NCBI GenBank assembly: GCA_002104905.1
Contig: MCFE01000338.1
Coordinates: 28,228-92,227, forward strand
Source of the DNA: Basidiobolus meristosporus CBS 931.73
Taxonomy: Eukaryota; Fungi; Basidiobolomycota
Direction of reading: 5' to 3'
Length of the DNA: 64,000 nt
Within the stretch, counting starts at the first letter, position 1; each line of letters opens with the position of its first letter. Made by a program: the position numbers and the translations under genes. The notes beneath the pieces are model-generated. The model searched no databases, was not told the origin of the DNA, and was given only the letters and a program-made list of their open reading frames with translations. Below, piece after piece: positions 13,401 through 24,778 of this stretch.

Positions 13401-14164
13401 AAACTCCCCTGTAATTCCATAATATAATGTCAACTCTACTATGAACCGAACAATAAATACTACCGGAAATCAACCGAAAATCGAAATGTTTACCACCGTG
13501 CAACCGCCCTCTCATACAAACATGAGCATTGACTCCTGAAATGCGCAGTTCCAATTAGAAGTAGTCATGCACCATATATATCGATCGCAATGAACCTCTT
13601 CCATCGATTTCATGCAGCATCTGTGTAATCTTCGATGGTTATTTTTGTTGCTGAATGATTGGATCGAGTACCTGATGTATGTATTTTGAGAACGGCCAAT
13701 GATGCACAGGGATTCCAAGGATACGTGGTGTCATTGGCCGTATATAAATTGCGGTATTTACTTCCATTGTTTACACTTGAGGAGTGATCCAGAAGAACAT
13801 TATCTTTCGGTAACTCTTAATCAATTAAATGTTACATCATCGTTGGAATCCCTTCATTAATCGTAGGATGAGACCAGTTAATAGGTTAGGTGTCAAACCA
13901 AGGTCACAAATTCGTAATTTTTCCCTGCCTTATTCGTATCCTGATTTAGTCTGACCTGCCAATTGTTTACCTCTTCACCCCTGTTGCAAAAGCCAGTCGT
14001 ACAAACGATGTCTTTGTTTTGATTCTGGGCATGGGTGAGGGAATATTTATTGCTCATAGTTTACCACAATCCCCTTATCCTTGATCCATCCCAGTAAATC
14101 AGCAATCCCTTTGACTTTTGTTTACGTTACTGACTTGAGCTTTATTAACCCTGCTGTTCAACAC

Positions 14165-15118
14165 ATGTCTACATTTGCCATGTCACGTCCCCTTACACCC
14201 AGCTCCAGACATCCCGACCTCAAGGCTTTGTCACCTAAACATCATCGACAATGCTGGACTTTACCTCCTCCTGACCGGTCGATATCTGCAAATGGACTTG
14301 ATTCCAGCTTAACCCTTTCCCCAACCAACCAGAGATATGAACGCAAAGCTCAAACACCCGGAATTCGTCCCAGTCTGTCGAATAGAGCTTCCTCACCTCA
14401 CTCGCCAACCAAAGCCGACCTTAAGCTCAATCCCAATTCCCAGAACCTGTACCTGGATCCCAATGTAAGGAAAGGCCCTTCGGTTCTCTTTAGCCCCGGG
14501 AGCCTTGCCCAGAGACTTGAGGCGCAGCCCCCTCTTGCTACCCGACTGATGAGAGATAGTGAAAGACGGGAGTTGGAGAAAATAGATGTCTTCTCCCCCA
14601 AACCACGTGATCGTCGCCCACTTATAGAAGTGACCAGCACCACACCAGTTCGTTTCAACAACGGCGCAGCTCTCAAGCCCGAAGAAAAATCCGGTGTCCC
14701 ATCTTCTCCTTTCGTCAAGTGCCTACTTTCCAACACCCCCATCAAGCTGCCAACCAAAATTGCCGTAGAAAGCCCAGCGTTTGGATTCAACAATCCACCT
14801 AAGCTTAGGCGCTTATCAATTACAGCCGATTCCACCCAAGATGCTAAACAGGCATCCGAAGGAAAGCCAAGCATGAACCAAGATGCATGCGAAGCCCCAG
14901 TTGAGAAGTCCACAAGACCTCTACCAAATGTACATGGCAAGGTCGAATTCGAAGTAGCCAGCTCGCCTATCTCGCCTTTGAGATATCATGAAATACCCGA
15001 GCAAGGAGATAACCAGCATGAGGAGATGTCGAATCTGCTGTCATCTTCTCCGGTTCGGGATATAGAAGAGGAGGATCCGTTTATGTCCTGCAGTAAGCGT
15101 CGAAAGATATCTGAGTAA
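14165..15118 (+). CDS. Hypothetical Ser/Pro-rich disordered protein with many SP/TP sites and C-terminal basic NLS-like motif
   Basis: Open 318-codon intronless frame flanked by AT-rich DNA; no recognisable domain. Confidence 0.65.
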   Translation: MSTFAMSRPLTPSSRHPDLKALSPKHHRQCWTLPPPDRSISANGLDSSLTLSPTNQRYERKAQTPGIRPSLSNRASSPHSPTKADLKLNPNSQNLYLDPNVRKGPSVLFSPGSLAQRLEAQPPLATRLMRDSERRELEKIDVFSPKPRDRRPLIEVTSTTPVRFNNGAALKPEEKSGVPSSPFVKCLLSNTPIKLPTKIAVESPAFGFNNPPKLRRLSITADSTQDAKQASEGKPSMNQDACEAPVEKSTRPLPNVHGKVEFEVASSPISPLRYHEIPEQGDNQHEEMSNLLSSSPVRDIEEEDPFMSCSKRRKISE

Positions 15119-15453
15119 TGATTTGCTTCGAGCAGATCGATCCGATCCGCATTGATCGACAAATTCACTGACGATTCTTGTAAAATACCTTTTCCCTCGC
15201 TGATGTTCATACATGGCCATACGTAAGCAGGCCACACAACCATTATCTGTTCAGAGTACAAATTTATGTTCAATATATATATAATCCTTACATAAATTGT
15301 AATTAAATAAATCCATCTAAACCACACAGTCTGTGAACGATTTCAGCAAAGTGGGCATTGCCAAGAAATGCTCAATTTATTTACCGGATGCATATCAAGA
15401 AGCAGCCTGCTTCGGGCTGCGATGGAAAGAGATCTGGAACAAAATGGGGTGTA

Positions 15454-16914
15454 CTAGAACAATACGATCTGCTTTCCTTTGGAAAAGCCGGACAATGCTT
15501 TGTCCACGACGTCAGTGAATTTCTTGAGCATATCTTGCTCTTGATCCTGTGGAAGGCACTCGGTGCCTGCTCCCCAGCTGATTGCTTCGTTGGGGACCTC
15601 CTTGAGTTTACCATCTCGCATCATATCAAGTATTTCATCCCACATTTGAGCACGCTCTTCTTTGGAATGCTCCTTGGACCAGCTGGTCATCCAGAATCCC
15701 GTGGCGGTGAGGTTTTTGAAAATGAAGATGGATGTGGGGAATGTCAACGGTTCACGGCTCATACCACCATAGGTGACCAGGGTGGCATTATTTCTACACA
15801 ATACGATATGCCGTTAGATTTGAGGAGGCGCCAAGTCTGGACATGCATAGTCTCACCCTAGAAGTCTAGACATGTCCGTAGTAGTCTTCCCGCCAACGCA
15901 ATTCAATCCCAAACGAATAGGGCGACCAATGCTCTTAATTAAATCGCGGGTCTCTTGCTTACGAATATTTGTGTCGGCAATTACGTGGGTGGCGCCTAAA
16001 TCCTTGAGCTTCTGTGCAGCTTCCTCGAAATTCTCCTCTGTTGAAAGAGTGTTATCAATCATCGAAGATTGGCGTAGGATCGGATTAGTCTACCTGTCAC
16101 GAATAATGTTGATTGTCTTGATCCCACGGGCATGTGCGATTTGGATGACTGCCTGGCCAACTCCGCTGTTGCCTCCGTTCTGAACAACATAATCCCCTAA
16201 GATAGGTGTAAGCAAATGCCACGCTATGCAAGACTTCCGATGAATGCCCACCTTCTTTCAGTTCCACGAAGTCTTGCAGCATTCTGTAGGCTGTGCAAGG
16301 ATTCACAGTAAGGGTGGCTGCCTGAATTACTGAGATTCCTTCCTTGGAGATTCGATGGATTTCTTCCGGCTGAACGGCGGCGTGGCTTCTCCAAGTACCT
16401 TAGAAGTAGAAGGTTGAGTTCCTTTAACACGTATGGTGGAGAAACTCGGTTCCAAGGAGAAGGTTGTACTTACCAAAGCCGGGCTTCGACGGGATCACCC
16501 AATCTCCGATCTTAAACCCTTTCACATCTGCTCCAACGGCAATCACTTCCGCTACTCCCTCATTTCCTCCAATGGCTCCAATACCTGGTCGGAAGATAGG
16601 CTTGGCTGGGTAGCTACCTTCAATTTGGTTGACATCCGCTGGATTCACCGGGGCAGCCAGGAATTTGACATGGAGATCTTTTGAGGAGAGCTCCGGGAGA
16701 GGCTCTTGACGAAGCCTATTTATATCTCAATAAACCACGCTCGAAAGTATTAAACGGGGTGGACTTACTTCAAAACCTCTCTTGGTTTACCATAATCTTC
16801 GAAAGCAATGATTTTGGCAAAAGTCTGGTTAAGACGAAGCTGTTGATACTTGAACCGATGGCCGGACAAGGTACGGAAAGCCAAAGGGTTTATGGTCGTT
16901 AATAAACTTTTCAT
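15454..16914 (-). CDS. ETR1: Mitochondrial trans-2-enoyl-ACP/CoA reductase, multi-exon
   Basis: [73 protein letters not shown]. Confidence 0.93.
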
Positions 16915-17297
16915 TTTCGATAACGAGCCCACGTACATGCATGCTCTTAATATCGTTGAAATTTGGCCCAAAGCCACCCAAAATTTCTTCTGCCAATCAT
17001 ATCCTTCGCTGGATGACCAAGCCTACTTTTCAACCCAACTCGCCCATTCTCACGAGAATCATCTCCGAGGATGTGCGGGATCGGGGAACGAGATATGGAG
17101 GCGAAATACCGCTCTCAAATGACGCTGCAGACGATCACTGTACCAATGATGATTACAGCGTGTTGCACCAAATCTGCTACAGTTGACACCGTATATAATA
17201 CGAAATAAGTCACAGCCGATATTTTTCGTGGGATTTATTTCTACATGATTGAAAAGCACTAATAATACAGAGAAGTGAACCAGTCGCTTTTTTATGA

Positions 17298-19067
17298 TTA
17301 GCGGTTCAAAGTGGGAGTAGTGGCTTGGCGGCTAGGTAGACCGTTCACCCTTTGTTTTCTTGATTCATTTAACTCAACTGTGTATTTCCAGATATGCTCG
17401 TTCAATTCGGTTTGGCCGAAAGCTTTGGGCAACAAGCCTTGCCAAGGTGAGAAGGAACAGCATGTCACCCTGAGACATTAACTCCTGCCCAGCAGCGTAA
17501 GCCTCTTGTCTTCTCTTGACGAAATCTTCTTGCAATACTTGGGAGATGTGCTCAGGTATGTTGTAGTCAGTATGACGAAAAGCCATCAGGTAAGCCCGGA
17601 ACTTCTCCAATAAACATTCATCCACAGCGAATGGAGTCGCTGAGGTTGGCTCTAGCGGGACTACGCAATCCACAGGCAAGAATGTTTTGGCATTGGACAA
17701 AACGATCAATCCAATGTTCACTGGAAACTTCATCTCGTAATACGGGAAAACGTAGGTCAGCTCCTGCGTCTGTAAAATCGAGTGCAGCTCGTTAATGTTG
17801 CGTACACCGGAGTCATTGAGGTTTCCTTCGTCAAGAGCCGTTTCATCGATCAGCAAGGTAGTCCCATCGGGTACCTGGAGCATTCCGGATTTGAGGAACT
17901 CATCACTCTTGGGGGTAAATGAATTGTTGTTGAGCAGGCTAAGGGCAAGTGGCAAAGTGTAAAACTTCGGGAGGACAGATGTCAACACGTTGGCCAGATT
18001 GGAGGTGAATGATTTGAGTGGAACGCCACTCGAAGTAGCACCCTCCGGTAACGTATCAGGAACTTTGCAAATATTGAGCGACAGATTTCCTAGACAAAGT
18101 CCGCTCTTACGTGTGTGAACGTAAGACATGAGCTGAAGCAACAGGAACTCGGCGGCTAGTTGATCACCGCCAAGAGACGAGGCTAAATATTCAATCAATT
18201 TCGAGCGAATACTCTCCGCTTCTTGGCGAAGCTCAGCCACTCGGCTTTCTGGAACGGTCTTTTCGTCGATTTTGCGGTAGACAATGGTGTGTAGGCATGG
18301 AACGGAAGTAGCATCAACGGGACTTTCGTTGACACCAAAGTCGGCATTCATTGTGTTCGGTGTGGCGGTGGAAGGAGTGGGTGGGGTGTAAACGCCGATG
18401 AATTCTACGATTTCTCCCACCTTGGGGCCTTCCTCGTTTCCATAAACCTTGACCAAGACCGGAAGGTGATCTTCTTGTGGAAAGGGATATCTTGATCGGA
18501 TATTTGCTGGTGCCTCGTAGGTGTTCCCTCAATAGAAATTGATTGAGTCATCTCGCGAAGCTCTTCAATGCTTTGATCCTCCGATTTGGAGTTGGTGAAC
18601 ATGGTCTCCGCCTGGTTCTTCGCCCAAGTAGTCTCCCCAGGAATGGTGACGCAGAAAAAGAGTTGCTTCTCGTCCACGCGGTTATTGGGAGAGTCAAAGT
18701 GACGAACGAACTGTTCCGTTTCTTCTTCCAGGTCGACATCGGTAAACCGATGACAGTGATATACTTTTCCTCCGTTGCTCTTATCCGTAGACTCAAGTAC
18801 GTCGATAAAGCATTCTTGGCCAAGGCTAGTATCCTGCACCATTCCCCGGAAACGGACCAGGGTGTTTCTCGAGAGTTGAGTCGTCGTTTGATATGTTAAA
18901 GAAGGGATCTGGCGTACTTTCTCCTCCGTGTTGAAGATGGAGTTAAAATACTCGGTGAAGCCACTGCTAGACGAACTATACTGCCCGTTGCCCCACGCGG
19001 CTTCAAAAACCTTTTGTAGCACTTCGAGCGGATTGTTGATGAATTCAAGCGTTTCTGAGGAGACCAT
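17298..19067 (-). CDS. MCMBP: Mini-chromosome maintenance complex-binding protein (two apparent 1-nt frameshifts, ~18520 and ~17420)
   Basis: LVRFRGMVQD, CVTIPGETTWA, LVKVY...VEFIGVY, LGGDQLAAEFLLL, LKSGMLQ, LLIDETALDEGNL, QEDFVKRR; C-terminal SFGQ...W...ELNESRKQR in a shifted frame. Confidence 0.92.
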
Positions 19068-19321
19068 ATTGAATGTGAGCGGCAAGTGAAAGAGGTTTAG
19101 AGTGTAGCTTGTTGAAATAGAAGAACAATAGTGTTGTTTTGATTCTCATTAATGAAAACAAAAACAAATTTTAAAATTTCCACCACAATTTGGCCTCTAT
19201 TCACGAATGTGTTAATCACAATTATTCATAACATAAAAAGGGATTTGGTATAGTAGAATAAATCAATCACAATACATTTAATCATCAGATACAGCGTTGT
19301 CGATGCAAAGCAGGCAACAGG

Positions 19322-20029
19322 TTACTTTGCTTGAGATTTGAGGGCAACACATTTGTGCTTCTTGTATTCCCAGTCGATAGGGTCAACGTAATGTCCCTCC
19401 CTGAAGCAGTTCTCGCAGTACTTGTCGTTGTCGCACTCAGGGCATTCTACAGTAGCGTCTTCGTTGCATATACAGCACCAGTTCTCTTCTTCTTTCAGGT
19501 CGGAAATCGACAGGGCTTTTGGTGGCGGGCCCAGGGCCGATTTATTATGTTCTTTTGAGGGAGACGAGACTGGTGGATTCTCTTTCAGTTCGTTTAAGCG
19601 TGTTTGTAGGTCACTATCGACCTTGAGCTCGATATGCTTGTATTTATTATTAAGAGATATTTCTTCGTTGACTTGGCGAATTAAGGTATCTTCCGCTAAA
19701 ACATCTCCTGCCAAATCTTCCCTTCCCACAAAGGAGTCCACTACCTTATCAAGTTTGCCGGTATGAGCCGGACTCAGATTTGGAACATCAGGTGAGATAC
19801 CAAACTGCGTAGAGAAATCCTCCTCGCTTAACTCTAGTTCATTTAGTAATCTCTCTACCTCGTCCTGATCCACCGCGGAATCCGGAACGGTGAAAGAACT
19901 ATTCAAGACTACTGGCTTGTGTCCAAATACAGTGTTGAATCTTTTTTGAAGTTCCTCATCAGTTTCTTTGTAGTCGCCACCCTTCTTGAGACTTGCCAAA
20001 CGAGCTTCTAGATCTTCGTCCTTCGACAT
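19322..20029 (-). CDS. ZFYVE19/ANCHR-like protein lacking the FYVE domain; MIM1-like motifs plus C-terminal Cys-rich B-box-like domain
   Basis: C-terminal WCCICNEDATVECPECDNDKYCENCFREGH; DEDLEARLASLK and DSDLQTRLNELK. Confidence 0.75.
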   Translation of the reverse strand: MSKDEDLEARLASLKKGGDYKETDEELQKRFNTVFGHKPVVLNSSFTVPDSAVDQDEVERLLNELELSEEDFSTQFGISPDVPNLSPAHTGKLDKVVDSFVGREDLAGDVLAEDTLIRQVNEEISLNNKYKHIELKVDSDLQTRLNELKENPPVSSPSKEHNKSALGPPPKALSISDLKEEENWCCICNEDATVECPECDNDKYCENCFREGHYVDPIDWEYKKHKCVALKSQAK

Positions 20030-20232
20030 AAGCAAAGCAATTTGAGGCAGGAATGAAAGTGACTGGAATAATTTCTAGTGACGTTTAGTATCCGCGAGGG
20101 GGGATATATATGGCAAAGTTCACATGATTTAGCCCAAGTTCAGGATTCTCGATTTTTTCCTTATTTTCAAGAAACATTTAAATCTAAGAATTCCGGATCA
20201 ATCCTTTCTTTTGAAAGCACCAAGTTATACCA

Positions 20233-21574
20233 ATGTCACAAACAAAGAGGAAATCTGACGAGGTTGATTATCTCTTTGACGAGGAGGATGAGGAAGAGCT
20301 TGTGCCTATCGAAGAGGATCACTCGAACGTTGATTTGGATCTTAGTAGTTTAGATACCAAGATTTGGCTGGTCAAGGTGAGGGGGTTTCCCATTTTGCCT
20401 GAGAATGCACCCTCGGACAATCTCATTCGAACAATCACCTTTCCTTAGGTCCCAAAGTTTTTGGCGGAGAAGTGGGATAAGATAGAGGAGGATGGTTTAG
20501 ACATGGGCAAAGTGAGAATATTTGAAGCGTAAGTTTTATTCCCGTCTTTGCGGCTCTATCAAGTTTAGTGTCTGTCACCTGCTACAACGATTTCTCTTTA
20601 ATTTTATGTGCCAGTCCACCAACCACTACTGGACGCCAAAAACCACCCAAAGTAACCCACCCTATCCTGTACTATGATATTGTGAGGGCATTCAAACTTA
20701 CTTGTGACTTTTGTTAGATTTCTCTGTTGATTCCAAATACGCCAACAACAACCGATATTCCTAGAGAGTACAGCATTCAGATCACCAACCAGCAGGTGCA
20801 AAATATGTACGTCTTCAAGGAGGACGGAAAGGCTGGAGGTAAGGGAACTGAGTATATGCGGAATAGGTGTACCTAATACTCGACTAACCGCATGAGCAGT
20901 TGCCGATTCGTTGGCCGGCACTGTACACCATGAGTGCGGAGTGGTACCAGTCTACAACGACGAATACCGCCGTATTATGAGAGGCCGTCTGATGCAAGCT
21001 GGCAAGCCACAACGCTCGGTCAAAGTGTTGTCCGACAATGACAAGACCGCTATGTTACCAGCAGCACGTGCCATGTCTGAATTTCGCGGAAACAGCTTCG
21101 TTAGTATCCGGCATGGCTGGGAACCTTTGAAACACTTGATTTACCTCCAAATCTGTTTGTAGAAAAAAGCGAAGCCCAACCCAGACTCCAAATCCATTCG
21201 TATGCCTCGAAACGAGCTTATGGATCTTCTATTCGAAGGCTTCGAGAAATATCCATACTGGACGCTCAAAGGCATCATCGAGTACACGAAGCAGCCAGTG
21301 GTTAGTGAGCCGGTTCCTGACTTTGCTGATATTGCTTTGCCACTAACTTGGTTGACGTCAGTCGTATCTCAAAGAAGTGCTCAACGAGATCTGTATTCTC
21401 AACAAGAAGGGACCATATACCTCCATGTATCAGCTGAAGCCTGAATTCAAGAAGGCAGGGAAAGAGAAGAAAGAAGCTGATCAGTCAGGCGACGGCAAGG
21501 GCGATGAGCCGAATATTGACGAGGAGTTGGAGATGGATGACGACGACGACGACTTGGAAATGGTGGAGGTGTAG
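20233..21574 (+). CDS. TFG2: Transcription initiation factor TFIIF beta subunit (RAP30), multi-exon
   Basis: LDLSSLDTKIWLVK/VPKFLAEKW; AGTVHHEC; RMPRNELMDLLFEGFEKYPYWTLKGI; QP..YLKEVLNEIC..NKKGPY. Confidence 0.95.
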
Positions 21575-21792
21575 CCGGACCTAACGATTGCGGAATATTT
21601 TCTCTTTGATGCATCTCCCTTCACCAACGTGTAATAGCTGAATTAGGCTACTTTCAGCAATATTAAGGTATGGGAGACCTGCCTATTTGTGCGAGGATGG
21701 GATTATCTCGTTTATTAAGGATGCTACTTGGTCAAAGTCTAATAAAAGAAGAAATCTACATATGTTACATCGAATCGACTCCAACCATTCCC

Positions 21793-23339
21793 CTACATCA
21801 CGAGCAACGTGTCGTAGTCATGCTCGCTGACCACAACCTCAATTGATTCCCCTTCGTTTTGAAACTGTTTCTCAAGCCTTGGTTTGAGTACGTGGTGAAG
21901 GTAGCTGCGTTCAGTATTTGGGTCTTGACCTGGCCACCCGAAAAGTTAGACTCGAACTCCAAAAAAAGGAATAACCCAAAGTCCCCGCTTACATAGAATT
22001 ACGCTCGTGCCCCTGGACGCAGCCATCAGCATGTCTTGACGGGACATTTCTCGAGTAAAATACACATCTGCTTTTACCGCGGCGAACACTGAAGGGTCTA
22101 AATAAACAAGAGTGAGGAGACGATAAAAACCGACACATCAGAGAAACTCCGCTTTACTTGAGCCGGCGTAGATCCCGATGGTACGAATGTTTTGTGAAAA
22201 GACGCCATCCTGTTGCGCATGCCTTTGCGATGGCGCCACTCGTACATGCTTTACGCTGAGATTGAGTTTGAGTCGAGCCACTATCATATCAAGGGAGGTG
22301 GGGTGGCTTAACGTCAATATTCGGACCACTCCGGAGCCGTCGAGTTCTACATGGAATTTAGCTTAGATTGTGCAATTAATGAAGCTGCGGAAAACCCTAC
22401 CGGTGGCACCAGGACTGAGGGCCATCGATGTGATGATTCCGTCTCCTAAAGCGCGACCCATCCAGTCACACACTACGAAGAGCATCCATTAAGTTCGCGC
22501 ATTATGTTACACAATATTGCATCCGTCACTAACCACCACCGTCACAATTGTCCAGAGCTGAGTGCGGCGAGTACACTGATATTCCATTGACAATACAGTT
22601 CATAATCAACGCCTGGCGCTCATCCGCCATATTCAACCTCTTCAATGGTTCGAACATCGGGGGTCGATAAGATATGATGACTCCGACTTTGGGATCAGCT
22701 ACAGCGTCATCTAGGACTTGTTTCGTCAGGTCAGTTGTCAAAATCACACGAGTAGCAAACTGACGAGTCTTCGGCGGCTCTGGAGATTCTAGTCAGTATA
22801 ATGTTGCTAAGTGACTATGTGGTCCACGAAGAAATACCTATCAATAGTCCCACATTGTCCCAAGTTGTATCAGCGAGGGAAAGTGGGGCTATTATTTCCA
22901 TGTGTCTCTCTACGCGAGATATCAGAGATTCGGAATTCGTCGAATTCATCACCAGATCGGGTGGAAATGTGAAGTGCTCCATAGATATCAAGGGTGGTGT
23001 AGGGCAGGATACCTGTATTGCGGAGGTTGGGGTTCGCGGGGTGGATGTTTGCGCATTCTCCAGCATAGAGCCTTCCAACAAAAGGCTCTCGTGCTTTCTA
23101 GGCGCAGACTCGTCTTGTGGAGGCAGCGTTCCAGTGAAATACTGGCAATTCTCCAAATGCTTTCTACAGTTGGCCTTCTTGTTAAGGATCTTCTGCTGAA
23201 AGGCCACCGTCTCCCCCTTTCTCTCCGCACAATATTTACATACTGCAAAACGATCCTTCTTGTTCGCCATCTCGTCTAACACTATGAAATGCTCGGAGAG
23301 TTCATGTCGAGGTCTACCGCGCTTTCTTACTTCTTTCAT
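21793..23339 (-). CDS. NIF3: BED-type zinc finger fused to a NIF3/YbgI-family domain with degenerate metal-site motifs, multi-exon
   Basis: One open exon: KRGRP...EHF...CKYC-x23-HLENC then APLSLADTTWDNVGLL; later exons ILTTDLT, SYRPPMF, VYSPHSALD, TREMSRQ, DPNTERSYL. Confidence 0.85.
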
Positions 23340-23647
23340 TTTTTAATACTCTATGGCTCCTTTTTCCTTCCACTAAACTCTTCCCAGTCATTAACGCCTT
23401 GTTGCCGTCGCGGGATATCAACACACCAGCAGGCTCAGATGGAAGAAATTTTTGCAAATGCCGTCTCCACGGCTCGGAAATTAAGTTGCTAATCGAATTA
23501 CTCATCCCATTGCCAACATGTTTCCAAATAGACAATTCCACAATATTCAATACCGAAATCGCGAGTTTAAATGCTCCACGAGTACCTAAGTTACTGGTAT
23601 TGGTAATCTTCAATCTTGTCCATTAGCTGGTTATAGCTACTGAAGCA

Positions 23648-24635
23648 ATGACTGAAAACGCTTTGGTCCCTTGGAGGTTCTGTAATCCGTACGCCAACCA
23701 GAAATACGATCCGGTCAGATCGTTTATTTTTAACGGGCATGAAAGTAAGCGGGGTGTATATGTTGGTGTGAATGACCGCTTACTTACCTTCTTCCAGTTG
23801 TCATACAACAGAATCAAGACCAGAAGATAGACATCACCCAAAACACCGGGAATATTGTGTGGGATGGGGTAAGAGTACTGAAATCGCCGGCGTGGTATAT
23901 TGGCTAACTCTGAGGCCCGAGCAGGCTTATATTCTGTCGAGATTCATACAGAAGCATGTGAAAGTAAAGGGGAAGAGATGCGTTGAGCTTGGTGCCGGGA
24001 CAGGCTTGGTGGGCCTCGTAACTTGGTCACTTGGTTTGTTAGCTGGCGACAAGTAATGGGCAGCGCCACATCTACTAACCGACCAATTTGACAAAAAGGC
24101 GGAAAAGTAGTCCTAACAGAGATACCAGACTTGATAGAGCTGACACAGAAAAACGTCGAGTTGAATACTCGCGCCCTAGTTGGTGACCTTTCGGAAGAAG
24201 ACGTTGATGTCAAAGTGCTGAGTTGGTACAGTGGTTGAGCGAAGATTCTTGAATGAAAGTGGTATTCAATCTTTACTACAGGGGGGATGAAGCCCAGATA
24301 AACGACCTGTCGCCCCCGTACGAAGTGATTCTAGGTTCAGAGATATTGTATCTAAAAGACTTCCACAAAGATCTGTTAAAGACACTTTGTCGATTGTCTG
24401 ATTCGAAGACGGAGATCTATATGGTATATAAGGAACGAGGCTTGGGTGAAGAGAAGTTCTTTATGCTGGCTAAGAGGTTCTCCTTCGATATCGAACAGGT
24501 GACTACTCCCCCGCTCGCAGTGATAGCATCATTTTCCTCATCTCAATATTCTAGGTACCCAACGAAATGATCGACGAAGAATTCCAAAACCAGCCGTATC
24601 GAGTGTTCAAGATGAAAAAGCTGGATGGGCCTTAG
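23648..24635 (+). CDS. Family-16 (METTL21/EFM-like) protein lysine methyltransferase, multi-exon
   Basis: TGNIVWDG, AYILSRFI, KGKRCVELGAGTGLVGL, YEVILGSEILY. Confidence 0.88.
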
Positions 24636-24778
24636 ATCAATGATCGTTTATACAGGTTATTTTTGTAAGAACAAAGCAGCCGAAGTGGATTGACAGGAGT
24701 CAAACTATAGAAATTAAATTTTTACAAAAAGGAGCTATTTGACGTTCTAGTGAGGTGGGAAATAAGCCAAAATCTAAT

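Noticed and set aside
15358-15861. 167-aa plus-strand ORF
   Set aside because: Antisense to the last ETR1 exon.
17298-19067. MCMBP as a pseudogene or programmed-frameshift gene
   Set aside because: Both shifts are single bases in short homopolymers with conserved sequence on both sides; assembly error is more parsimonious.
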